This document shows positions 1 through 11,503 of a stretch of 64,000 nt of DNA, in pieces. Numbering within the stretch: position 1 is the first letter of the stretch; every line of letters begins with the position of its first letter. The notes below the pieces were generated by a model that saw only the letters and a program-made list of their open reading frames with translations, did not search any database and had not been told where the DNA came from. This DNA is from an uncultured delta proteobacterium (lineage in GTDB: Bacteria > Desulfobacterota > Binatia > UBA9968). The DNA is taken from NCBI GenBank assembly GCA_963760795.1, contig CAVXEP010000012.1:96001-160000 (forward strand), written 5' to 3'. The position numbers were made by a program, and so were the translations under genes.

Positions 1-2
1 CT

Positions 3-1244
3 CTGGCTTTCACTTCTGATGTCCTGGCAGGATTACAGCATGTTTATAGCAAGCGGTCGCTGCTCAACATTGCCGCGGTCAACATGAGTCTCGGCGGACA
101 AACCTCAGCAACTCCCTGCAACACCGACCCACGAGCAAGTATCATAAGGTCACTTAAAACCGCCAATATCGCCACCGCCGTAGCATCGGGAAATGACGGT
201 TTAGGAAACGGTATTTCAGCTCCTGCTTGTGTGCCCGATGCAGTCAGTGTGGGCTCTACTGGAGACGGTTCCGGCGGATCAACCACGGATGAGGTTTCAT
301 CATTCACGAATAGTGCAACTTTTCTAACGCTGTTGGCTCCGGGGGCAGTGATTAACTCGTCGATTCCCGGCGGCGGCTTCGCGCAATTCCAAGGAACCTC
401 CATGGCCACGCCGCATGTCTCTGGAGCCTTTGCGATTCTCAAGCAAGCAGCGCCAAATGCCACATTCAGCCAGATGCTGGCGGCGTTACAGACTTCCGGT
501 CAACCAGTTTTCGACCCGCTAAACGGCCTTACCAAGCCGCGCATAAAAATCCTCGATGCCTTGGCCCAGCTACCTGCGGTGCAATTTAGCGCGCCAACTT
601 ATACGGTCGACGAAAGCAGCGCCAGAGCAACTATAACGGTAAATCGAACCGGCGTTACGGTTGGCACTTTGTCTGCGAATTATGCGGTCAGCGCTGGCAC
701 CGCGACTTCAGGATCGGACTTCACGGCAAGGACCGGGAAGCTAAGCTTCACAGCCGGCCAGAGCAGCAAAACTTTCACCGTTTCAATTAAGAGAGACACC
801 CTCAATGAAGCCAATGAAACGATCAATCTGACCTTGAGCGATCCCGTCGGCGGACTGTTGGGGAGCCAGAACACAGCCACCTTGACCGTGAACGACAACG
901 ATGCCGCGGGCGTGATTCAGTTTAGCGCAGCCAGTTACACGGTCGGCGAAGCCGCCAGAAGAGCGACCATTACGGTTACCCGCACCGGCGGTACCGCCAG
1001 CGGTGTCGGCGTAACCTATGCGACTAGCGACGGCACAGCGACGGCGGGAGCGGATTATACCGCAACTTCAGGAATCCTCACCTTTGCCGCAAATCAAACC
1101 AGCAAGACCTTTACGATACCGGTTACTAACGACACCACCGTCGAGGGTAATGAAACAATAAATCTGACGCTATCCAATCCTACCGGCGGCGCAGCGCTCG
1201 GTGCGCAAAATACCGCGGAAGTCACGATCAGCGATAACGATTAG
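3..1244 (+). CDS. S8 subtilisin-like serine protease with two C-terminal Calx-beta domains (5'-partial)
   Basis: NMSLGG, ASGNDG and catalytic GTSMATPHV motifs; two repeats of FSA.TYTV.E...ATITV.RTG...NETINLTLS.P; the frame is open to the window edge. Confidence 0.9.
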   Translation: MAFTSDVLAGLQHVYSKRSLLNIAAVNMSLGGQTSATPCNTDPRASIIRSLKTANIATAVASGNDGLGNGISAPACVPDAVSVGSTGDGSGGSTTDEVSSFTNSATFLTLLAPGAVINSSIPGGGFAQFQGTSMATPHVSGAFAILKQAAPNATFSQMLAALQTSGQPVFDPLNGLTKPRIKILDALAQLPAVQFSAPTYTVDESSARATITVNRTGVTVGTLSANYAVSAGTATSGSDFTARTGKLSFTAGQSSKTFTVSIKRDTLNEANETINLTLSDPVGGLLGSQNTATLTVNDNDAAGVIQFSAASYTVGEAARRATITVTRTGGTASGVGVTYATSDGTATAGADYTATSGILTFAANQTSKTFTIPVTNDTTVEGNETINLTLSNPTGGAALGAQNTAEVTISDND

Positions 1245-1316
1245 TCGAATACTATTGAAACGTATTGTCGTCACCGCGTGGGTCCCTCGCTGAAACGTCA
1301 CGGTTAACCTAAATCG

Positions 1317-1352
1317 ACTGCTCCCGGAGTGCTTAAGATCACCCGGAGCAGT
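1317..1352. terminator. GC-rich hairpin after the protease gene
   Basis: actgctcc...ggagcagt inverted repeat; no strong U-tract. Confidence 0.35.
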
Positions 1353-1434
1353 ACGCTCCCATTGACTCAGGTCGATTTTTCATTCTTAATTGCCTGCGTT
1401 AAAGTTTTGAGTCTCCTTTAAAGGAATTAATCAA

Positions 1435-2458
1435 GTGTTCAAACTCGTCGGCAACTCACTCGGTCAACTGCTCCTGGTTATGACAGCGCTGGCGTCGGTC
1501 CAGGCCGCCGCGCCATTCTACGAAGGCAAGACTATAAGATTAATCGTCGGCTTCTCCGCCGGCGGCGGCTTCGACACATACTCGCGCTTGATCGCGCGCC
1601 ACTTGGGCCGTCATATTCCGGGGAACCCGGCCATCGTCGTCGAGAACATGACCGGCGCCGCCAGTCTGCTCGCCGCCAATCATGTATATAAGGTGGCCAA
1701 GCCCGACGGCCTGACGATCTTCAATTTCCACGGCAACCAGGTGATCAATCAAGTCATCGGCAAGCCGGGCATCGAATTCGACGCGCGCAGGTTCGAGTAC
1801 ATCGGCATCCCGACCCAGGACAACGTCGCCTGCGGTTTTACCAAGGCAAGTGGCATCACCACTTTTGACTGCGTTGCGCAATTCGAAAGCGCCGGTGAAA
1901 ATCGGCGGTGTCGCGCCGGGCGATACGACGTATAACACCGCCAAACTCCTCCTCGCCGCGCTAAAACTGCCGCTACAACTGGTGGCCGGTTACAAAGGCA
2001 CGGCGGAGGTTCGCCTCGCCGCCGAAGCCGGCGAAATCGCCGGCGGTTGCTGGCAATGGGAATCGATTAAATCAATTTGGCGCCAAGGCCTCGACTCCGG
2101 CAACGTCTTTATCGTCCTGCAGGTCAATGCCAAGCCGCACCCGGAGTTGGCCAAAGTTCCTAACGCCGTCGACTTCGCGGCCGATGATAACGCCAAGCAA
2201 ATCCTGAAATTCGGCGGCCACGATCCGTCGGCGATCACTCGCCCCTACGCGGTGGCGCCGGGGACACCCAAGGACCGCGTGCAACTACTGCGCAAGGCGT
2301 TCAGCGAGACGCTCAAGGATCCCGAGTTCATCGCCGACGCCAAACGTTCACGCCTTGACACCGACCCGCTGACCGGCGAGGAGATTGAAAAAATCGTGCT
2401 GCAGCTCTTTAAGATAGAGCCAGGGATGGTAAGCCAGTTAAAAGAGATACTGAAATAA
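1435..2458 (+). CDS. Bug/TctC tripartite tricarboxylate transporter substrate-binding protein (frameshift near 1865)
   Basis: ORFs 1435-1935 and 1850-2458 join: GFSAGGGFDTYSR...KPDGLT, then GYKGTAEVRLA...PGTPKDRV. Confidence 0.85.
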
Positions 2459-2499
2459 CCGATCGCCGCCATCGACTAACCACGTTACAAGGAGCCTCC

Positions 2500-3516
2500 A
2501 TGAAACCACGGTCTGCCATTTGGTTGCTGCTCATTTTGTTGGCTTTGAGTTTCGACGCTTTTGCCCAGGATAATTTTTATCGCGGCAAGACCGTGCGGAT
2601 CATCGTCGGCGCCACCGCCGGCGGCGGCTACGACACCTACGCCCGCACCATCGCCCGTCATATGGGCAAGCATGTCGCCGGCAACCCGACCTTCATCGTC
2701 GACAACATGCCCGGCGCGGGATTCCTTATCTCGGCCAACTACATGTACAAGATCGCCAAGCCCGACGGCCTGACCATCGGCCACTTCATCGGTGGTCTTT
2801 TCTTGCAGCAGCTGCTCGGTAAACCAGGCGTCGAATTCGACGCGCGCAAGTTTGAATACATCGGCGTGCCGGCGCAGGACAACTACATGCTCGGCGTGCA
2901 CAAGAGCACTGGCATCACCAGCATCGAACAATGGTTGTCTTCGAAAGCCATGGTTAAATTCGGCGGTGTCGGCGCCGGCTCAGCCACCGACGATATCCCA
3001 AAAGTGCTCGGTCCGGCCATCGGTTTGCCCTTTCAGTTGGTCTCCGGTTACAAAGGCACCGCAGACGTGCGGCTCGCCTTTAATAGCGGCGAGATTAACG
3101 GCATCTGCAATTCTTGGGAGTCGTTCAAAGCCACCTGGAGCAAAGAGCTGGCGGCGGGCGAAGTGGTTATCGTCTTGCAAAACATCGCCAAGCCCCATGC
3201 CGATCAGCCTAAACTGCCGCTGGCGATCAACTTTGCCAAGACTGAGGAAGGTCAGAAGCTGATCAAAGCTTTGGTCCATAGCGTCGGCCCGACGGCGCGC
3301 CCCTTCATGCTGCCGCCGGCAACGCCCAAGGACCGCGTCCAGCTCCTGCGCAAAGCGTATATGGACACGATGAAAGATCCGGAGTTCCTCGCCGACGCCA
3401 CCAAAGCCCGCTTGGACGTGAACCCCCTCGACGGCGCCGAGTTGGAAAAAAACGTCCGAGAAGTTTTCAACCTAGACAAGACGCTGATTCCGCGCGCGAA
3501 AGAAATCCTCAAATAG
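2500..3516 (+). CDS. Bug/TctC family substrate-binding protein
   Basis: Signal peptide; GATAGGGYDTYAR, NMPGAG, KPDGLTIG; tandem paralog of the upstream gene. Confidence 0.9.
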   Translation: MKPRSAIWLLLILLALSFDAFAQDNFYRGKTVRIIVGATAGGGYDTYARTIARHMGKHVAGNPTFIVDNMPGAGFLISANYMYKIAKPDGLTIGHFIGGLFLQQLLGKPGVEFDARKFEYIGVPAQDNYMLGVHKSTGITSIEQWLSSKAMVKFGGVGAGSATDDIPKVLGPAIGLPFQLVSGYKGTADVRLAFNSGEINGICNSWESFKATWSKELAAGEVVIVLQNIAKPHADQPKLPLAINFAKTEEGQKLIKALVHSVGPTARPFMLPPATPKDRVQLLRKAYMDTMKDPEFLADATKARLDVNPLDGAELEKNVREVFNLDKTLIPRAKEILK

Positions 3517-3532
3517 CGCGAAACGCGCTGAA

Positions 3533-3612
3533 GTGATGGAGTATTGGAATGGTGGAGTGATGGGCTCTGGACCGGACCACCCCTCCGATACTCCACTACT
3601 CCATCACTCCAA
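3533..3612. repeat. Intergenic inverted repeat built of 8-mer units (TGGAGTRW / complement)
   Basis: gtgatggagtattggaatggtggagtgatgg ... ccgatactccactactccatcactcca between convergent genes. Confidence 0.75.
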
Positions 3613-3623
3613 TTCGCCCACCT

Positions 3624-4052
3624 TCAGAAGCCGCAATCCTTCGGCGTCACATCGATGGTCGCGAAATGCTGCTTGTCCTTGTCGAAATACGAGTAACGTA
3701 GAGTTACGCCTTTCTTGAGAAAATCGTCGCGCGTCTCGGGCCGGCTGCACGCGCTTTGCACTAGCCGGTCTCGCGCACCGGCGGCGAATCGTTGATGGTC
3801 AAGGTTTTTTACCGCATAGTTCACTAAACGATAGTTATAAATCAGCATCCCTTCATGGCCTGAGGATGGCATTAGCTCGGTCTCCTTATCGATCATCAGC
3901 GGTATGCCGCGATTGATCTCCGCGGCGATGCGGCTCAAATACTCCTGCGAGCGCGGGTCGTCCGGCTTACGTGGGAAATATGCCGGCACCAGCCACCAGA
4001 GCAAGTACGCCGCTATCACACCAACTGCGATCCAAGAAATGTTTCTGATCAT
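3624..4052 (-). CDS. Membrane-anchored protein resembling the PA3611/AspS pilotin-like family
   Basis: N-terminal TM helix; IN..P..ID.ET, Y.Y.L, C..P.....L..G..L.YSY.D, C-terminal TPKDC pattern. Confidence 0.55.
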   Translation of the reverse strand: MIRNISWIAVGVIAAYLLWWLVPAYFPRKPDDPRSQEYLSRIAAEINRGIPLMIDKETELMPSSGHEGMLIYNYRLVNYAVKNLDHQRFAAGARDRLVQSACSRPETRDDFLKKGVTLRYSYFDKDKQHFATIDVTPKDCGF

Positions 4053-5635
4053 CGTTTGAACTCAACTAAATGCCACGGCATACGCCCGTTACCTTCGCTG
4101 GCGATTATCCAAGTCCGCGACAACATCGGTAGTCTGACGAAATCGCGCTCCCTGACCAAGAGAAAGCCAGATTGGCCCGTCTTTAGCAATTTTTCCAATA
4201 CTGCCGGTGAACTTACAACCGGTATGACTTCGCGCTCGGCATAATAATTAAAATCATGCATGGTGTCGGCATAGATATACAACGGCACGGTCACTGGCAC
4301 GAATCTTTTGATCTCCAAGGCGAACGGTCGCGGCGATTTAAAATTTTCCAAATAGGGGAATATCCAAAGCGCCGCCGCGAAAATCGACAGAGTCATCAAA
4401 GCGACGATCGCCGCCATCGCCCTACGCAACTCGCGTAGCAGCAAGTATGCGGCAACGAGCGCGCCGCCGATCGTCAACACCAGAGTCGCCGGCAACAGCG
4501 GCAGCAGAGCATCGGGTCGCAGCCACCATGCCGCCGCTGGAACAAGGAGAGCGCCGAGCGCAAGCAGTGTGAAGCAACCCGCCATGAACCAGCGAAGATA
4601 CCCGCCTAGCGCGTCGCGCTCATGTCCGAGAGAGTCCCAATAGCAAGCGACCATTAACGCCGCCGTCGGCAGCAACGGCAGCAAATAAAGCTCGCGCTTG
4701 GTGGCGGCGATGGTAAAAAATAACAAGATTGTCAGAAACCAGCAGAGGCAAAGTTGACTGGAGACATCCTGCAAGGCTGGGCGATAAGGCCAGCGCGCGA
4801 TCAGTGCGGGGATGGCGAAGACCGTCCACGGCAAAAAATCGGCGGGTAGCGTCGTCAGATAATAATAGACCGGCTGCCGATGGCCGGCACCGGCGGTGTA
4901 ACGCTGCACATGATGGATGTAAATAAACTCGCTGAGCCAACGCCCGTCGGTTGCTTGCTGAACTAGATAAAACCACGGCACGGTGACCAGCAGGAAAATG
5001 GGAATACCCAAATGAAGCTTAGCTGCCGCGATCATGCGCCAATCGCGTCGCACCAGCATGAAGGCGCCGAATACCAAGCCAGGCAACACTACGCCGATCA
5101 ACCCCTTGGTCAGTACCGCCAGTCCCATGAAAGCGTAGGCAAAAAGAATCCCATAACCGCGATCTTTGCCGAGAAAAGTTCGTGCGGCGAAATAAATCGA
5201 CAACAGTAACCAGCAACAAAAAACCATGTCGACATGGGCCCAGCGCGCTTCCCAAATGACGCGCATCGATGTCGCCAAGACCGTCGCCGCGACAACGCCG
5301 ATGCGCGGGCTGAAAAAATCGCGGCCGAAGAAGTAAGTCGATAAAATTAATCCGACGCCGCCGAGCGCGGCGGGAAACCGCACCGTCCACTCGGACACGC
5401 TGCCGCAAAGGTTCGACGCGATCAGCGCCAGCCAGAAAAACAAAATCGGCTTATCGGTGTAAATGCCTCCGTTGACGGTGGGAACAATCCACTCGCCCTT
5501 GGCAAACATCACCCGAACGATCTCGGCGTAGCGCGGCTCCACCGGCGCCCAGAAATCACGCGAGCCGAGAGCGAAGAAAAATAACAGAGAACTTAAAATA
5601 ACGAGAATCAGCGGAAAGTGGTTTTGGCGAATCAA
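4049..5635 (-). CDS. ArnT-like family 39 glycosyltransferase
   Basis: EPRYAEIVR.M, DKPILFFW, LTKGLIG, K.ELYLLP motifs; polytopic membrane protein. Confidence 0.9.
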   Translation of the reverse strand: MIRQNHFPLILVILSSLLFFFALGSRDFWAPVEPRYAEIVRVMFAKGEWIVPTVNGGIYTDKPILFFWLALIASNLCGSVSEWTVRFPAALGGVGLILSTYFFGRDFFSPRIGVVAATVLATSMRVIWEARWAHVDMVFCCWLLLSIYFAARTFLGKDRGYGILFAYAFMGLAVLTKGLIGVVLPGLVFGAFMLVRRDWRMIAAAKLHLGIPIFLLVTVPWFYLVQQATDGRWLSEFIYIHHVQRYTAGAGHRQPVYYYLTTLPADFLPWTVFAIPALIARWPYRPALQDVSSQLCLCWFLTILLFFTIAATKRELYLLPLLPTAALMVACYWDSLGHERDALGGYLRWFMAGCFTLLALGALLVPAAAWWLRPDALLPLLPATLVLTIGGALVAAYLLLRELRRAMAAIVALMTLSIFAAALWIFPYLENFKSPRPFALEIKRFVPVTVPLYIYADTMHDFNYYAEREVIPVVSSPAVLEKLLKTGQSGFLLVRERDFVRLPMLSRTWIIASEGNGRMPWHLVEFKR

Positions 5636-5750
5636 TTGAACGGGTCAGCCGACGACGAGATAATTCAGCACTAACAGTCGCCAGGTTTTTTTTCCAGTGG
5701 CGCGGGCAGGGCAAACTAACGAAGCCTGCCGAGGGAGCTGTGATTGAGCC

Positions 5751-5783
5751 AAAAAAAGGGGAGCAGCCCATCGGCTGCTCCCC
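5751..5783 (-). terminator. Intrinsic terminator of the porin gene
   Basis: Minus strand ggggagcagcc-gatg-ggctgctcccc followed by T7. Confidence 0.9.
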
Positions 5784-5809
5784 GTCCGCCCTAAGTGGAG
5801 GCATTCAAC

Positions 5810-7048
5810 TTAGAACGTGTAAAGCAATTGCACACCGATCGTCGTCTGATTGCTTTCGGCGCTGTTTTTGCCTTTCTGGTAAACTGGGTGGTTGGCCCAA
5901 TCCTGACGCACCTCGGCGCGACCGATCAGCATCTTGGTAAACTTATAGCTGCCGGTCAAAGTCAGTTCGCCGAGTGTGACATTATGTTGGGGAGTAGTGG
6001 CCGATAAGCCGGCAGTTCGCGCAGCTTCATTATCGAAGAAAACCTCGCCACGCAGAGCCGTGGTGAAACGGTCGGTCCAGCTCCACGATGCGATAGCAGC
6101 AAGAGCGTGCCAGTAAACATTTTCCGAATTGCTCGTCGGCGTGGCCACTTCAGATTCCCTGCCGAACGTATATTCGAACAAAATTGTCAACGGATCCGTC
6201 GGTTTGATCGTCGCCACACTGCTCCAGGTCATCCTTAGGCGTCCGGTGTTATGCCTTTGTTCGGGACCAATTAGGAGATTGCTCGCCAAGCCAAAGGCAT
6301 CGCTCGGGGTCAAGTTCACGCCAACAATACCGGATGGCGCGCTGTTGTTGTCGTGCGGATTATCCCAACCGGTCACCACGCCTAAAGTGGCCGTGACCGT
6401 TTTGTGAAACGGATAGCTGAACAACGTCCCGAGATGGCGCAGCGGGACACCAAAGTTAAACGCGAAAGAACGAGAAATATTGTCGTTATACGCGCCGGGG
6501 TTGTTAAGAATTTCCGTGCCTAAGAGAGTTGTGAACAAGCCGCCTTTGATACCGATGCCCTCGCCCAAAGGAATGGTGGTTGTAAGATATGCTTCACGCA
6601 GCTCGGCCGACGGTCCGCAGCAAAACCTGGCACCGGTACTGTTCCACTGTGTGGCTTCGTGCAGCAGCTCGCCATATCGACCAAAATCACCGGAAACCCT
6701 GAAACCAACGCCCCAGTCCTTTTCCGGCTTTTCTACTGCGAGATGAAAATTACTAACATTAAACTGATTATTGTCTTTATCGAAATAGCGCCCGGAGATA
6801 TTAGACCCATTACCGGGATGATTCGAGCTCCATATGTAGCCCATATCGATAAATCCGCTGATGCCGATGCCCAAAGCATTTTCCAACCCACTTTTACCGT
6901 TGCCGATGGCGCCATCGAGCTTGCCGACACTGCTATCCAGACTCAACCAGCCTGGGCCGAGCGGCTTATCTTCGGCCGCCATAACGTTTTGCCCCCCAAG
7001 CACGATGACTCCAGCTAAGAGCGCGATTCGAACCATTCCACGTTTCAT
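5810..7048 (-). CDS. Outer-membrane beta-barrel porin (putative porin-2/DUF1597-like)
   Basis: Signal peptide, G.F.TLLG.E, N.SRSFAF motifs, amphipathic strands, C-terminal Phe. Confidence 0.8.
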   Translation of the reverse strand: MKRGMVRIALLAGVIVLGGQNVMAAEDKPLGPGWLSLDSSVGKLDGAIGNGKSGLENALGIGISGFIDMGYIWSSNHPGNGSNISGRYFDKDNNQFNVSNFHLAVEKPEKDWGVGFRVSGDFGRYGELLHEATQWNSTGARFCCGPSAELREAYLTTTIPLGEGIGIKGGLFTTLLGTEILNNPGAYNDNISRSFAFNFGVPLRHLGTLFSYPFHKTVTATLGVVTGWDNPHDNNSAPSGIVGVNLTPSDAFGLASNLLIGPEQRHNTGRLRMTWSSVATIKPTDPLTILFEYTFGRESEVATPTSNSENVYWHALAAIASWSWTDRFTTALRGEVFFDNEAARTAGLSATTPQHNVTLGELTLTGSYKFTKMLIGRAEVRQDWANHPVYQKGKNSAESNQTTIGVQLLYTF

Positions 7049-7167
7049 TACCCAATCCTCCTCGAAAATCGATTTCGCTAATTTATAGCAAATTCTTCAC
7101 TAAACCCAAACGAACTAGTTCACAAAGTACAAACAAATTTCACCAGTATTTAATTGCGTAAATTCGC

Positions 7168-7183
7168 AGCAAAACGAATGCCA
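7168..7183 (-). promoter_or_regulatory. sigma54 -24/-12 promoter of the porin gene
   Basis: Minus strand TGGCAT-TCGTT-TTGCT; NtrC-like TGC-N11-GCA at 7286-7302. Confidence 0.8.
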
Positions 7184-7462
7184 TGGGATATTCCATCCAC
7201 TTGTAGTTGGATCTTTCATTTCACGCAGATTTCTCAACTGATGGAGAGCGCCACGTACGAATAATTGCCTAGTTATTGACACTGCTGCTGAAAATTTATG
7301 CAATCACGGCTGCAAAAACTACAACCACGCTCTAGACAGGCCACGAAGCAACATGCAGCGGCCCACTGGCCAAGTTAGGATCGCCGATAGAGGGTCAACA
7401 GTTCAGGATCACCCGGTCCGGCGCCGACCAGATAAACCTGCCAATCCCGGTCGCGGTCATCG

Positions 7463-9624
7463 CTAATTGTCCTCCAGGGGGAAATCGCTAACCTTGCGCA
7501 CGCGCACGGCGCACGCTTTGAGCTCAGGCTGGCGCGACACCGGATCGCGCGCCGAGATCGTTAGATTGTTGGCCGCTTTGTAAAAGCCATAATCGCGACC
7601 CCAGTGAAACGGCAAGAAACAGCTGCCGCTGGCAATCTCTTCGGTGACCCGGCATTGGGCGATCACCTTGCCGCGGCGCGAGGTGACTTCGACAAAATCG
7701 GCGTCATGAATATTGTATTGGCGTGCGTCGGCGCGATTGATCTCGAGAATCGGATCAGGCGCGCTTTTGCGCAGCGCGGCATTCTTGCCGGTGCGCGTCA
7801 TAGTATGCCAATGGTACTTTGAACGTCCGGTGTTCAGCACCAACGGATAGTCGGCGTCAACCGGCTCAATCGGCCCGGCGTGCAAGACGGGAATGAAGTT
7901 GGCCCTGCCATCGCTCGACGGGAATTTCCCGTCGGCATACAACCGCGTAGAATCTCCGCGGTTATTTTTTGGACAGGGCCACTGCAACGGGCCGAGCTTT
8001 CAGCTTGCGATAATTCATGCCCGAGCAATCGCAAGCCGTATGTTTTGTCAGCGCGGCATATTCCGCGAAGATTTCCTGCGACGAGGCGTAAGTGAAATCG
8101 GCGCCGAAGCCCAACGCCGCGGCGAAACGCGCGATGATCTGCCAGTCTGGCAGGGCTTCACCGGGCGGGTCGACAAGCTTCGGCATGTAGGTGACACGGC
8201 GCTCGGAATTGGTCATGACGCCTTCTTTTTCGCTCCACTGGGCCGCCGGCAGAAGTACGTGAGCCAAGCGACTCGTGGCGGTCGGATTATACGCGTCCTG
8301 GACGATCACCAACTCGGCTTGGCGCAGCGCTTTTTCGATCACATCGAGATCTGGCGCCGACGCCGCCGGATTGGTGCACAGAATCCAGATCGCTTTCAGC
8401 TTGCCTTGGGCCAGCGCTTCGAACTGCTCCAGGGCAGGCAATCCAGCCTTAGCCGCGATAGAACCGAATGGCCGACGCCAAAATTTTTCCACTTCACTGC
8501 GCTGCGCGTCGTTCTCGACATCGCGATAGCCGGGCAACATATGCGCCAAGCCGCCGACTTCTCTGCCGCCCATGGCGTTGGGCTGTCCAGTGAGCGAGAA
8601 CGGACCGCAGCCGGGCTTACCGATCTTGCCGGTGGCCAGATGCAAATTGTGAATCGCGTTGTTCTTGTGCACACCGACACTGCTTTGGTTGACACCCATG
8701 CTCCAGAGCGAAAGCGCCTTGGCCGACTTGCCAAAGATCAGCGCCGCCTCGACGATCAGACACTCCGGGACGCCGCAGATGGCTTCGACGGCTTTCGGTG
8801 AATAGTCCCTGATGAAGTCCAAAAGCTTGGCGAAACCGTTGGTGTGCCCGGTAATAAACTCACGGTCAAGCAAATTTTCGTCAAGCAAAACATAGAGCAT
8901 GGCGTTGAGCAGCGCGATATCGGTACCTGGACGGATCGGCAAGTGCAGATCGGCGAAGTCAGCGGTCTCGGTGCGCCGCGGATCGACGCAGATGATCGTC
9001 ACTTGGTCCGGCGCGCTCAGCTTGCGCTGTTTGATACGTTTAAAAATCACCGGATGGCAATCCGCGGTGTTGGTGCCGATCAGGAAAATACAATTGGCCT
9101 CGTCGATATCGGCGTAGGAGTTGGGCGGGCCATCGGCGCCAAAAGAGCTTTTGTAACCGGCCACCGCCGAAGCCATACAAAGACGGGAATTGGTATCGAA
9201 GTTGTTGGTGCCGATGAAGCCTTTGACGAGCTTGTTAGCGATGTAATACTCTTCCGTAGTCAATTGCCCCGAGCCGTAAAAAGCCACAGCATCCGGACCA
9301 TGCTCGTCGATGATATCGCGAAATCGTTTGGCCAAATAGGTCATTGTCTGATCCCAGGACGCCCGCTTGAACGGACCGTCTTGGCAGGAACGAATCTGCG
9401 GATAGAGCAAGCGGTCCGCTGTGCGCAAGGTCTCCGGCAGGTAGACCGCTTTGAGACAGAGATCGCCGCGGCTCGACGGATGATCGCGGATCGCCTTTGA
9501 TCTTCGCCACCGTGCCGTCGCGAATTCCGGCCAAGAGCCCGCAGCCGACGCCGCAATAGGGGCAGTAACTTTTAACCCAGCGTTCGATGCCGCTACCCGG
9601 CGATTTTTTGTGGTTGCTTTCCAC
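7463..9624 (-). CDS. nasA: Assimilatory nitrate reductase, molybdopterin catalytic subunit (NarB/NasA-like; frameshifts near 9490 and 7975)
   Basis: CPYCGVGC [4Fe-4S] motif, LC.K, NFDTNSRLCMASA, GQPNAMGGREVGG, DPVSRQPELKAC across three ORFs. Confidence 0.9.
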
Positions 9625-9653
9625 GACACCCCGCTCCGCTCATTCTGTTCGGA

Positions 9654-10622
9654 TTACGACAGCGCCTTCGCGGCGGCGCGGCTTAGGCTCGTGACCGCAT
9701 CAACGATCGGCGCTTGCTTGCGGAATTTACCGCGGAAGCGATTGAAACCGGTGTATTTCTCGATTACCAACAGTTCTTCCGCCGTTACTTTTGGGTTATC
9801 GGTTTTTGCCGGTTGGTGGTCCACTCGAGATGCGAACGTACCGTTGGCATGCGCACGCTCCTCGAGAAACCCGAGCAATTGGCTGCGTATTTGATGATAG
9901 CGAGGATCTTCGCCGATACCCAGTCGATCGCGCGGCCGTTCGAATGGCACGCTGACGATCTCGCCGACCGTGGCCGCCGGCCCATTGGTCATCATGACGA
10001 TGCGATCGGCGAGCAAGATCGCTTCGTCGACGTCGTGGGTGACCATGAGAACGGTCTTATTTTCTTGCGCGCACAGCTGCATCAATTGGTCTTGCAGCTC
10101 CATGCGCGTGACCACGTCGAGCAAGCTAAACGGCTCGTCGAGCAACAGCACTTTCGGTTCCAATGCCAAGGCGCGCGCTATGCCGACGCGCTGGCGCATG
10201 CCGGCGGACAGCTCGTCGGGATAGCTGTCGGCGGCGCCATTTAGACCGACGGCGTTAAGAAACTTATCGGCGAGCTCTTTACGCGCTTTATGCGTCTGCC
10301 GATCGCTCACCTGGTCGATCGCCAGCAATATGTTTTCCCGCGCGCTCAGCCATGGCAACAGCGCCGAAGATTGAAACACCACGCCGCGGTCCAAACCGGG
10401 GCCGACCACTTCGCGCCCGGCGATGATGATGCCGCCTCGGGTGGCCTCGTTGAGCCCCATGGCGATCGATAAAACCGTCGATTTGCCGCAGCCCGAATGG
10501 CCGATGATGCAGACAAACTCGCCGTCGCTGACGCGCAAGTTAAAGTCTTTGACGATCACCGCCGGCCCCTGTGCAGTATCGTAGCTCTTGCCAAGTTGGG
10601 TGATTTCAAGTGCTGGAATCAT
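9654..10622 (-). CDS. nrtD: Nitrate ABC transporter ATP-binding protein
   Basis: GHSGCGKST Walker A, LDEPF, MTNGPAATVGEI motif. Confidence 0.85.
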   Translation of the reverse strand: MIPALEITQLGKSYDTAQGPAVIVKDFNLRVSDGEFVCIIGHSGCGKSTVLSIAMGLNEATRGGIIIAGREVVGPGLDRGVVFQSSALLPWLSARENILLAIDQVSDRQTHKARKELADKFLNAVGLNGAADSYPDELSAGMRQRVGIARALALEPKVLLLDEPFSLLDVVTRMELQDQLMQLCAQENKTVLMVTHDVDEAILLADRIVMMTNGPAATVGEIVSVPFERPRDRLGIGEDPRYHQIRSQLLGFLEERAHANGTFASRVDHQPAKTDNPKVTAEELLVIEKYTGFNRFRGKFRKQAPIVDAVTSLSRAAAKALS

Positions 10623-10654
10623 GTAGTTATTTCCCCCTGTCTATCGCTGCCGGC

Positions 10655-11494
10655 CTAATGGGTAATCGCCGCCGCTGGGTCATGAGCGCTCGCCCGGCCA
10701 TGATCGGCCTTGCTCGGAGTGAGGGCTTTGAGGGTTTCGCGCCGGGCTTTTTGACAGCTGGCAAGCCCACTCAACTGCATCCGACCGCGCGGATGGGCCG
10801 CGTCTACTATGATTGCCGGTCCGAGCGTCGCTCCCGGCGCGGCGGTTAGCGTATAGATGGTGTCGGCGAGCAAAATCGCTTCGTCGATATCGTTGGTGAT
10901 CATCACCACGGTCTTGCGGGTTTCGGTCCAGATGCGCGCCAGCTCTTCTTGCAACGTGCCGCGCGTCAGCGCATCGAGCGCGCTGAACGGCTCGTCTAAG
11001 AGCAAGACTCTCGGCTCCATCGCCAAACCGCGCGCCACCGCAACGCGCTGGCGCATGCCGCCGGAAAGCTCCCGCGGCACCTTGTTCATGGCTGCGCCGA
11101 GGTTGACTAAGTTAATATAACTCTCGGTGCGCTGCCGTTTCTCCGCGGACGATAAGTGCGGCGCCACTGCGTCCACCGCCAGGTAAACGTTTTCAAACAC
11201 GCTGAGCCAAGGCAGCAAAGAATAGTTCTGAAATATCACGCCGCGATCCGGTCCCGGTCCGTCGATCGGCCTGCCTTCGAGCAGGATCGATCCTGAGTCG
11301 GCTTCGATGAGGCCGGCGATCAGCGAGATCAACGTGGTCTTGCCCGCACCTGATCGGCCGACGATGCAGACGAACTCATTTTCACGAATCGACAGGTTGA
11401 TGTCGCGCAGCACTTCAACCTTGCCGCTCTGCGACTTCCCCCGGCCATGGCGCGGAAAACTCTTGCTCACGCCTTTGAGTTCGAGGATTGCCAC
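10655..11494 (-). CDS. nrtC: Nitrate ABC transporter ATP-binding protein
   Basis: [39 protein letters not shown]. Confidence 0.85.
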   Translation of the reverse strand: MAILELKGVSKSFPRHGRGKSQSGKVEVLRDINLSIRENEFVCIVGRSGAGKTTLISLIAGLIEADSGSILLEGRPIDGPGPDRGVIFQNYSLLPWLSVFENVYLAVDAVAPHLSSAEKRQRTESYINLVNLGAAMNKVPRELSGGMRQRVAVARGLAMEPRVLLLDEPFSALDALTRGTLQEELARIWTETRKTVVMITNDIDEAILLADTIYTLTAAPGATLGPAIIVDAAHPRGRMQLSGLASCQKARRETLKALTPSKADHGRASAHDPAAAITH

Positions 11495-11503
11495 GTTGTC
11501 GCC

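Noticed and set aside
3533-3612. CRISPR-like repeats
   Set aside because: Units are 8 bp and contiguous with no spacers; no cas genes in the window
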